The notes under the pieces: model-generated
What the model was told of the DNA's origin: nothing
Database searches by the model: none
Seen by the model: only the letters and a program-made list of their open reading frames with translations
From: Candidatus Saccharimonadota bacterium
GTDB taxonomy: Bacteria > Patescibacteriota > Saccharimonadia > Saccharimonadales > JAGQMS01
NCBI GenBank assembly: GCA_020428535.1
Contig: JAGQMS010000004.1
Span: 35,096-59,095 of the forward strand
Direction: 5' to 3'
Length of the DNA: 24,000 bases
Program-made: the position numbers and the translations under genes
Shown: positions 8,491 to 15,683 of the stretch, piece by piece
How positions within the stretch are numbered: position 1 is the first letter of the stretch
Layout: each line of letters begins with the position of its first letter

Positions 8491-9159
8491 TTAAAATTTA
8501 CTAAGATAGTGCGGATTGTTCACAGCTAATTCGATCGCTTGGGCATGACTATCTAAAATTGCGCTGTATTCTTCTGGTGTTTTATTCATACTACTAAAAA
8601 CAAAGAAAGGGTCTAAAATGTCCATCCCGCAAAAGGCAAGCGTTCCGTGCAGAATTGGATGCAAAACTTGCCTGAGTGTGGCTCGATATTTCCCAAGCGG
8701 TTGATAAAACTCTTCTGGGCTGGCAGCTGTACCCACAAAAAGAACTTTTTTACCACGCAACAATCCGTCTTCGTAGATCTTCCCACTATCCCACGCAAAA
8801 CCCATCGTCAAGACACGGTCAAACCAGCCTTTCAATATCGCGGGAACCGACGACCACCAAATGGGGGTATAAAAGATAACTAAATCAGCCGCTTGAAGCC
8901 TCTGCATCTGTTCCAGCACATCTGGCGAATAAGACCACGAGTTTTCAGTCGCATATTTTTGCTCAAGCATGTAGTTAAAATGTCCGCCACTCAAAGTTTG
9001 AAAGTCATAAACGTTGGCTACCGGGTGGAACCCAATTCCGTACAGATCACTTTCCACAACTTGGTGGCCCATTTCTTGCAACTTGCTGATACCGAGATTT
9101 TTCAAAGAACCAACCAGAGATTTAGGCTCATGATGTGCATATACCACCAAAATATTCAT
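8491..9159 (-). CDS. NAD(P)H dehydrogenase (quinone), NQO1-like flavodoxin-fold protein.
   Basis: [27 protein letters not shown] closely parallels human NQO1 ([27 protein letters not shown]). The N-terminal ILVVYAH...VVESDLY also matches. Confidence 0.9.
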   Translation of the reverse strand: [222 protein letters not shown]

Positions 9160-9227
9160 GCTTATTAGTATATAGACGCTAGGCCCAAGGCGCCAGAGTC
9201 TATGTCTTTATGTGGTAAGGTAAATTT

Positions 9228-9452
9228 ATGATCAGAATAGTAGTTGTAGGTAAAAAGCACGAGACAATGTACCTAGATGCTATCAACCACTTCGAAAAAC
9301 GCCTAAAACCGTGGCAAAAAATTGAATGGTTGATTATCCCACCATCTGGGAAAAACCACGAACTTGCAAGAACCGAGGAAAGCACTATGATAACTGCAAA
9401 ACTTGGAAGTGATGATTTTGTGGTACTGCTTGATGAAGAGGGAGAGCTCTAA
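9228..9452 (+). pseudogene. rlmH: rlmH (23S rRNA m3-pseudouridine1915 methyltransferase), truncated. Only the N-terminal 74 of about 155 codons are intact.
   Basis: MIRIVVVGKK..AINHFEKRL....VVLLDEEGEL* matches the RlmH N-terminus up to the LDxxG motif. A shifted frame (9451-9546) reads KGVTWNSFIDSLVELDKKLAELG, which resembles E. coli [20 protein letters not shown]. No IGG..G or YH knot motifs follow. Confidence 0.7.
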
Positions 9453-9529
9453 GGGGGTTACATGGAACTCTTTTATAGATAGCTTGGTTGAACTAGATAA
9501 GAAATTAGCAGAACTAGGTGTGGTGGTTG

Positions 9530-10015
9530 ATGATGTTCAAAACTAAGACTCAACTACCATCAGAAACTTCACTATTTGATGAGCGTTCATTCTTTGCTGC
9601 GTTCAGTAAAGACTTCAAAAACGCTCAACACGAAGTAATTATCGAAAGTCCGTATATAACTATACGACGTGCTGAGGAAATTGCCCCACTGCTCACTAAA
9701 CTCTCAAAGAAACATGTAAAAGTATTTATACTGACTCGCAACCCAAGTCATCACGATGGAGATTTATACCGTCAAGCAATGGCTGGTATAGACATTTTAA
9801 AAAATTCAGGAGCAAAAGTTGTTGTCTGTAATGATATGCGACATCGTAAGCTGGCGATTATAGATAGCAGTATTTTGTGGGAAGGTTCTCTAAACCTACT
9901 TTCACAAAATGGTAGTAGAGAGTTAATGAGACGCACATACTCAAAAGAACTATGCGCTCAACTTCTTAGATTCACATCCATTAGAAAAGACATCAGATGG
10001 TACAATTGGAGGTAA
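9530..10015 (+). CDS. Phospholipase D-family (single HKD) nuclease, Nuc-like.
   Basis: The HKD motif is HRKLAIIDSSILWEGSLNL, i.e. HxK(x)4D(x)6GSxN. The size, about 160 aa, fits the homodimeric Nuc-type enzymes. The track start 9518 is GTG. ATG 9530 follows a GGTGG SD-like sequence. Confidence 0.75.
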   Translation: MMFKTKTQLPSETSLFDERSFFAAFSKDFKNAQHEVIIESPYITIRRAEEIAPLLTKLSKKHVKVFILTRNPSHHDGDLYRQAMAGIDILKNSGAKVVVCNDMRHRKLAIIDSSILWEGSLNLLSQNGSRELMRRTYSKELCAQLLRFTSIRKDIRWYNWR

Positions 10016-10017
10016 TT

Positions 10018-10209
10018 ATGAGTGGTTTTGAAATTACCGATAAAGATGTACAAGCTATAGTTAATTGGCTTAAACAAGCAGATCCAAAAAACGCCGATGA
10101 AGAACATGCGCGTGATTTTCTACTTTTCTTAAAGTTGAGTTACAGAGATGTGGGTTTTGACGACCCTGATAAGATAGAAGATTTATATGACAAGTTTATA
10201 AAGAGTTAA
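10018..10209 (+). CDS. Small acidic hypothetical protein, 63 aa.
   Basis: The ATG lies 7 nt after GGAGG and 2 nt after the nuclease stop codon. The protein has a net negative charge (many D/E). No family recognised. Confidence 0.5.
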   Translation: MSGFEITDKDVQAIVNWLKQADPKNADEEHARDFLLFLKLSYRDVGFDDPDKIEDLYDKFIKS

Positions 10210-10412
10210 AACGGTAAAATTTCTGAGGATTTTACACCGAGAGCTTTCACAATTTGCTCAAGCGTAGTAATTGTCGGTACTGCATCGCAGCGCTCAATTC
10301 TTGAGTAGTAGTTCGTGCTAATTTTAGCTTTTTTAGCGACATCTTCCTGCGTCATTCGTTTTTGGTCACGAACATACTTTAGGTTTTTAGCAATTTTTTC
10401 TTGAGTTGTCAT
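10206..10412 (-). CDS. XRE-family helix-turn-helix transcriptional regulator.
   Basis: LKYVRDQKRMTQEDVAKKAKISTNYYSRIERCDAVPTITTLEQIVKALGV is a canonical HTH_XRE (HTH_3) domain. Confidence 0.88.
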   Translation of the reverse strand: MTTQEKIAKNLKYVRDQKRMTQEDVAKKAKISTNYYSRIERCDAVPTITTLEQIVKALGVKSSEILPF

Positions 10413-10465
10413 AACTTTATTATAGCTCTTATTAATCAGTAAATGTAACCTCTGTAAGCATAAGT

Positions 10466-10493
10466 ATTATACAATCTATTTGCATTATTGCAA
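10466..10493 (-). promoter_or_regulatory. Candidate distal promoter for the XRE gene: TTGCAA-16 nt-TATAAT.
   Basis: The -35 is at 10488-10493 and the -10 at 10466-10471, read on the minus strand. A second TATAAT at 10419-10424 lies 6 nt before the ATG, a leaderless option. Confidence 0.35.
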
Positions 10494-10527
10494 GTTTCTT
10501 TGATATATTCAAGTTACCATAAGGAGG
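10480..10527 (+). promoter_or_regulatory. Candidate T4SS operon promoter TTGCAT-17 nt-ATATAT(T), plus SD AGGAGG.
   Basis: The -35 is at 10480-10485 and the -10 at 10503-10509. AGGAGG at 10522-10527 lies 9 nt before ATG 10537. Confidence 0.4.
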
Positions 10528-10536
10528 TAAAGGTAT

Positions 10537-10878
10537 ATGAGTAAAAAACAGCTCATCTTCCTCAGCTTATATATAGCTGTAGGGGTACCCTTTGTCCTCA
10601 CCAGCACAGCCTTGGCGCAAAGTGCGGGAGAAGTAGGTCAAGTAGAAAACTTCATCCGCAGCGTCATCCAGGTAATAGCAGGATTAGCCGGTCTCGTAGC
10701 GACCGGCTTTTTTGTTGTTGGTGGGTTCGGGTATATAACAAGTTCTGGAAATCCAGAAACATTAGAAAAATCTAAGCGGACGCTTATTTTTTCCGGTATG
10801 GGTCTTGCGATCACTATCGGTGCGTTTGTCTTAAGTAATATAGTCACGTCGTTGGCTTCGAACGCGTTCGGAGGATAA
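10537..10878 (+). CDS. VirB2/TrbC-like T4SS pilin-type protein.
   Basis: It has a signal peptide ending ALAQSA and two hydrophobic helices flanking the conserved loop GYITSSGNPETLEKSK. It sits first in the T4SS operon. Confidence 0.7.
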   Translation: MSKKQLIFLSLYIAVGVPFVLTSTALAQSAGEVGQVENFIRSVIQVIAGLAGLVATGFFVVGGFGYITSSGNPETLEKSKRTLIFSGMGLAITIGAFVLSNIVTSLASNAFGG

Positions 10879-10884
10879 AGCCTA

Positions 10885-12186
10885 GTGGATGCGTTCGTTG
10901 CCCTAATATCAAACGGGGTGGCGAACTTTGCGGTAGTTAATGCAGATGTGCAGAACTACCTCAGACCGATTATGTTTTCTCTTGTGGGCTTAGCCGGGGT
11001 TGTCTCGGCTTTTTTCATTGTTCAGGGTGGTATCGAATACATGACCAGCTCAGGAAAACCAGAGAAACTTGAGCATGCGAAGAAGATATTACGCAACGCA
11101 CTAATTGGTCTCGTCATGGTAATAGGTGCCGCTACGCTCACAGCAATATTAACGAGCGCCTATCAGGACAGCGGTGGTACAAGTATTGAGAATATTCCTA
11201 GCCTAACACCTGTTGAGACTGATACGGGTGGCGGTGGAATAACCGAAGTGCTCATAAATTCCATCATTGGTTTGTTTAAGCACATCATTACGACTGCCGC
11301 CAGTCCGTTCATTAGTGCACTCGATTACTTCACGCACAGCACGCCACTGATGGCGGATAATCCGTCAGTGTTCAAGCTATGGCTTACGATGCTTGGCATT
11401 GCTAATGCACTGTTTGTTGTTGGCGTGGCATTACTTGGGTTCCAAGTAATGAGCGCCTCTTCCCTGGGGCTAGAGGAAATGGAATTTAAACAGCTTCTAC
11501 CTAAACTTGTCTTTACGTTTCTGCTGATGAATATGTCGATATTCGCAATCGACGCCATTATTAGTCTGTCGAACGTCATGATAAGTGCAGTCGAGAGTGC
11601 TTATAGCTCACTATCGGTTTGGGATGCATTAACTGGAGTAGCGGACACCGCTGGTGGTCAAGGTTTTGTGGCCTTACTCATCATGGTCGTATTCCTCATA
11701 CTTGCAGCTATTCTGTTGGTCTATTACGTGATGCGTATCGTAACGCTTTATATCGGAGCCGTGCTATCGCCAATTGTTGCGCTTCTGCAAATCATCCCTG
11801 GCTTTAAGGATTTCACTACAACGGCAATAAAGGTCTATATATCCAATATTTTTGTTCTGTTTGTACATGTCGTGATTCTCACGCTTGCGGCCACCCTGTT
11901 CGATGGACTACGAACTGAAGGTGCTGACCCGCCGTACGATCCAGTCATGGCAATGATTGTCGGTGTCGCAACCTTAATTGCATTGCTTAAAACACAAGGC
12001 GTCATGATGCAGATTAGTTATGTCTCAGTTGGTCCGAGGGCATTGAGGCGACTTGGAAGTGAGTTTATGCACGGCGTTGGCTATCTAAGTAGTCGTAAAG
12101 GCTCATCAAGGCAATTGGCCGGTGAAGAAGCTACGACTACCAAGTCATCTAAACCTAAGAAAGTAACAAAGGAGGGATACAAGTAA
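10885..12186 (+). CDS. VirB6/TrbL-like polytopic membrane protein with an N-terminal VirB2-like pilin domain.
   Basis: GTG start. Residues about 20-100 align with the upstream pilin (GLAGVVSAFFIVQGGIEYMTSSGKPEKLEHAKK against GLAGLVATGFFVVGGFGYITSSGNPETLEKSKR). At least 5 further TM helices and a lysine-rich tail follow. Confidence 0.65.
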   Translation: MDAFVALISNGVANFAVVNADVQNYLRPIMFSLVGLAGVVSAFFIVQGGIEYMTSSGKPEKLEHAKKILRNALIGLVMVIGAATLTAILTSAYQDSGGTSIENIPSLTPVETDTGGGGITEVLINSIIGLFKHIITTAASPFISALDYFTHSTPLMADNPSVFKLWLTMLGIANALFVVGVALLGFQVMSASSLGLEEMEFKQLLPKLVFTFLLMNMSIFAIDAIISLSNVMISAVESAYSSLSVWDALTGVADTAGGQGFVALLIMVVFLILAAILLVYYVMRIVTLYIGAVLSPIVALLQIIPGFKDFTTTAIKVYISNIFVLFVHVVILTLAATLFDGLRTEGADPPYDPVMAMIVGVATLIALLKTQGVMMQISYVSVGPRALRRLGSEFMHGVGYLSSRKGSSRQLAGEEATTTKSSKPKKVTKEGYK

Positions 12187-12693
12187 ATGAAAACGACAAT
12201 TGTACCGGCACAAGTAACATCTGTCGAAGATAGAATCGCCGGAAACTTAAGTTTTAAACAATTGCTACTGATGATTGTTCCGGTGTTTTTGAGCGCTGCG
12301 CTCTTCGCTTTTCTACCTCCGTTTGCATCGTTTCAGATATATAAAGCCGTTATAAGTGTGGCCGTTTTAGTTATCTGTTTAGCGCTTGCCCTGAGAATAA
12401 AAAGTCGCCTAGTAGTCGACTGGGTCGTCATCTTATCACGCTATAATCTGCGACCTCGCTTCTATGTCTACAACAAGAATAATCAGACTGCTCGAATGGT
12501 TGTTGCAAAACAGCAAGCAGCAACGCTGCAAACCGAACAGAAAGTTACTCTGCCAAAACAATCGCCTCAGTTTGCTCATAACACGAATGATGAAATGACA
12601 TTCGAGGAAAGACTTGGCAATCCAGCCGCCAACTTACACTTCACATTCTCAAAGAAAGGAGGATTACGTGTCCATATTAAAGAAATCAGATAA
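12187..12693 (+). CDS. PrgI-family (VirB3-like) T4SS membrane protein.
   Basis: The N-terminus VPAQVTSVEDRIAGNLSFKQLLLMIVPVFLSAALFAFL matches my memory of the PrgI family, including its two TM helices. It lies directly before VirB4. Confidence 0.65.
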   Translation: MKTTIVPAQVTSVEDRIAGNLSFKQLLLMIVPVFLSAALFAFLPPFASFQIYKAVISVAVLVICLALALRIKSRLVVDWVVILSRYNLRPRFYVYNKNNQTARMVVAKQQAATLQTEQKVTLPKQSPQFAHNTNDEMTFEERLGNPAANLHFTFSKKGGLRVHIKEIR

Positions 12694-13279
12694 ACGCGCC
12701 AGCTCGCGTCAGCAGATACAAATTGATGGTGTTCGTGACGGCATACTACTGCTGCCAAAACGTGAATACCGACTAGTGCTAGAAAGCTCTAGTATCAACT
12801 TCGAGCTTATGAGTGAAGACGAGCAGGATGCTCTCATAGATACCTACCAGAATTTTCTCAATTCACTCAATACGAGCTTTCAGATATTGGTTCGAATACG
12901 TGAGCTTGATATGGATAAGTATCTCGAAAACTTCAAATCAAAAGTAAATGATAAAGACGACGAAGTGTACCGCAATCAAGCAAAGAACTATATGGATTTT
13001 GTAAGTGGCTTGGTAACAAATAACAAGATACTCACCAGAAAGTTTTATATTGTCCTGCCATTCAAAGCCGATGCGAATGATTTCAATGTTGCGGCTGAAC
13101 AACTAAAACTGCAAGCAGACATTGTCGCTAAAGGTCTCGGTCGCTTAGGTATGCAAGTAAGAAAACTAAACAGTATTGAAGTGCTTGATTTGTTCTATAG
13201 CTTTTACTCTCCAGGGCAAGCTAAGCGTGCACCACTGCGTGATCAAACAATCCAGCTTCTAAAGGAGGCCTACCTATGA
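12668..13279 (+). CDS. VirB4-family N-terminal domain encoded as a separate ORF.
   Basis: GTG 12668 lies 5 nt after AAAGGAGGA. QIQIDGVRDGILLLPKREYRLVLESSSINFELMSEDEQDALIDTYQNFLNSL is the typical N-terminal region of Gram-positive VirB4 (PrgJ/TraE-type). Its stop overlaps the next ATG (ATGA at 13276-13279). Confidence 0.65.
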   Translation: MSILKKSDKRASSRQQIQIDGVRDGILLLPKREYRLVLESSSINFELMSEDEQDALIDTYQNFLNSLNTSFQILVRIRELDMDKYLENFKSKVNDKDDEVYRNQAKNYMDFVSGLVTNNKILTRKFYIVLPFKADANDFNVAAEQLKLQADIVAKGLGRLGMQVRKLNSIEVLDLFYSFYSPGQAKRAPLRDQTIQLLKEAYL

Positions 13280-15027
13280 ACACCCCCACAAAGCTAAAAC
13301 CGCTACTGAAGAAATTGCCAAAGATTGGCAGTGATTCAAACGAGCCGAAAGACTTTACCTTTGCCTATGGCGAGCAAGACCCCATGGACTTAATTAGTTA
13401 CGCCGGTATGAAAGAGCAGCCAAGTTACTTGGTGATTGATGGGCGCTTTGTGCGAACGCTCTTCATCTCTGGGTATCCCTTTGTTGCAAATTCTGGCTGG
13501 CTTAACAGTCTCATTAACTTCAACAGCAACATAGACATTAGTTACCACATGGATCAAGTTGAAGCGACGCAAGCACTGCCTAAACTGAACAGAAAAATAA
13601 CTGAGCTTGAAAGTACAAAACGCTCAATGATTCGGGCGGGTAAAATTGTTGGTCCAGAGATTACTGATCCGCTCGAAAGTGCGATGGAATTGCGTGATAA
13701 GATTCAGCGCGGTCAAGAAATGCTCTTCCAAACGTCCATTTACGTTGCCTTATCTGCTGACTCATTGCCAGAACTTGAAAAACTTACAAAACTTCTTGAA
13801 ACGACACTTTCAGCAAGATTATTCTTCACCAAAGTTGCTCGCTACCAACAAGTTGAGGGACTTCAGTCTGTCCTTCCCCGAGCAGAGGATGTCTTAAGCC
13901 AAAAAAGAAATCTCGATAGTAGTTCCGCTAGCTTAACCTTTCCATTTATGAGTTCAGAACTTGTGCAGGAAAACGGTATTCTCTACGGCGTCAATAAGTC
14001 TAATAACTCACTGGTCATTCTTGATAGATTTAGCTTACATAATGCTAATTCGATAGTCTTTGCTCAGAGTGGTTCGGGTAAGAGCTATGCGACCAAGGTA
14101 GAAATTCTCCGTCAGCTTATGCAAGGTACGTCCGTCATCGTGATTGATCCGGAACGGGAGTACAAGCTACTCACAGATTCGGTAAACGGCACTTACGTAA
14201 AGCTATCTACCAACAGCAAACAAAAAATTAACCCATTCGATATCAGTACATCTTCAAAGAAGAAACGAGACCTATCGGAACATATCCAAGATGTAACAGA
14301 AATTGTTAGTTTGATGGTTGAGGGATTAAATCCAAAAGAAAAAGCAGCACTGGATAAAGCTTTGCTCAACATGTATAAACACGCCGCTAATAAACAACCA
14401 TTATTAAAAGATTTGTATCATGAGCTTAAGCTCCTTGAACAACTGAAACTATGCGAGCGTCTCGAAAGATACATTTCTGGTTCACTTGCTAATGTGTTCA
14501 ATAAGCGAAGCAATGTTAGCCTCGATAATCGTCTGGTTGTCTTTGATATTAAGGACATGCCTGAATCGCTTAGGCAGCTGATGATACTAATTGTCAGTAA
14601 CTATGTACAAAACGAAGTTAAGATTAATCCTAAAAAACGCTTACTCGTTATTGATGAGGGTTGGTTGCTTTTAGAGCACGAAGAGTCTGCTCGGTTCATC
14701 TCAGGCTTAGTGCGTCGAGCGCGTAAGTACTACTTGGGCGTATCAATCATCTCTCAACAAGCCAATGACTTTTTAAAGAATGATTACGGACGTGCCATAG
14801 CAAGCCAATCGGCGCTTCGCATACTCATGAGACAAGACACGACTACGATTAAGAACGTCGTCTCGCAGTTCAACCTTAGTGAGTATGAACACAACTTCCT
14901 ACTTACCTGCGAAAAAGGCGATGCGCTGATTATTGCCGATAAAAATCATGTAGCAGTGAAAGTTGTTGCCTCAGAAAAAGAACACCCGCTAATTACTACT
15001 AACCCTGCGGAGATATATAACCTGTGA
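13276..15027 (+). CDS. virB4: VirB4-family T4SS ATPase (ATPase domain).
   Basis: Walker A is in IVFAQSGSGKSY and Walker B in RLLVIDEGWLLL. ARKYYLGVSIISQQ is typical of VirB4/TraE. Confidence 0.88.
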   Translation: MNTPTKLKPLLKKLPKIGSDSNEPKDFTFAYGEQDPMDLISYAGMKEQPSYLVIDGRFVRTLFISGYPFVANSGWLNSLINFNSNIDISYHMDQVEATQALPKLNRKITELESTKRSMIRAGKIVGPEITDPLESAMELRDKIQRGQEMLFQTSIYVALSADSLPELEKLTKLLETTLSARLFFTKVARYQQVEGLQSVLPRAEDVLSQKRNLDSSSASLTFPFMSSELVQENGILYGVNKSNNSLVILDRFSLHNANSIVFAQSGSGKSYATKVEILRQLMQGTSVIVIDPEREYKLLTDSVNGTYVKLSTNSKQKINPFDISTSSKKKRDLSEHIQDVTEIVSLMVEGLNPKEKAALDKALLNMYKHAANKQPLLKDLYHELKLLEQLKLCERLERYISGSLANVFNKRSNVSLDNRLVVFDIKDMPESLRQLMILIVSNYVQNEVKINPKKRLLVIDEGWLLLEHEESARFISGLVRRARKYYLGVSIISQQANDFLKNDYGRAIASQSALRILMRQDTTTIKNVVSQFNLSEYEHNFLLTCEKGDALIIADKNHVAVKVVASEKEHPLITTNPAEIYNL

Positions 15028-15683
15028 CCATATTGCTCTGGTTGATAAAGAATACGAAGACAGAAATTAAGATTGTTCTAGCAACCTTAGCTGTGCTCAT
15101 ATTTTTACCGATTGTATCCGTTGTTGTTGTAGCATCTTCTGGTGTGCAGCTTGTCGGTGACGCATTAGCTGCCTTAAATCCAATAACGCACTTGGTCGAG
15201 ATTTTTGACACCGAAGGCAATGTCATTGGTGAGGTTGAGCTTACAACCAATTGGCCTACACGTGGATATATATCTGATGAATTTGGCTCAGAGCAACAGT
15301 TTAGACTCGACTGGGGATTAGGCGCTCATACGGGTATAGATATTGCGAATCAGAATGGACTTATTGGTGAGCCGGTTACACCGTTTATGACAGGTACGGT
15401 TCTGTTTGTTGATCAGGTTGATGACTCAGCTTGCGGCATCAATGTAAAGTTACAGCACGACTTTAATATAACTAGTACGTATTGCCACCTTAGTAGCGCG
15501 GTGAACATCGCACCGACAACCGAAGTGCATCCTGGCGACATCATTGGGTATATGGGTAGTACTGGTGCATCTACTGGTCCGCATCTACATCTCACGACTG
15601 CAGTGTATGGAATACCAATTAATCCTCGTACGTTTCTAGTTGGGGAACCGGAAGGATCAACCGTTGTCGTACCTACTTTTTAG
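15024..15683 (+). CDS. M23 (LytM-type) peptidoglycan hydrolase with an N-terminal membrane anchor. Probable VirB1-analogous wall hydrolase.
   Basis: HTGIDIA and GSTGASTGPHLHL are the M23 metal-binding motifs. A GTGA overlap couples it to the VirB4 stop. Confidence 0.88.
   Translation: MTILLWLIKNTKTEIKIVLATLAVLIFLPIVSVVVVASSGVQLVGDALAALNPITHLVEIFDTEGNVIGEVELTTNWPTRGYISDEFGSEQQFRLDWGLGAHTGIDIANQNGLIGEPVTPFMTGTVLFVDQVDDSACGINVKLQHDFNITSTYCHLSSAVNIAPTTEVHPGDIIGYMGSTGASTGPHLHLTTAVYGIPINPRTFLVGEPEGSTVVVPTF

Noticed and set aside
817-9385. Antisense ORFs in the housekeeping block: 817-1092, 2229-2435, 6561-6791, 7131-7400, 7815-8027, 8204-8482, 8613-8798, 8647-8883, 8676-8879, 8893-9168 and 9200-9385.
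   Set aside because: Each lies inside, and opposite to, a longer ORF with clear family motifs. Their sequences are low-complexity or Ser/Leu/Arg-rich, as is typical of shadow frames.
12614-12667. Longer N-terminal extensions offered by the ORF track: 12614 for the VirB4 N-domain, 9518 for the PLD nuclease, 9997 for the small acidic ORF and 6142 for the kinase-like ORF.
   Set aside because: The internal starts at 12668, 9530 and 10018 sit at canonical distances behind GGAGG-type SD sequences. The start at 6190 sits behind a -10 box. The extensions overlap upstream genes or lack any initiation signal.
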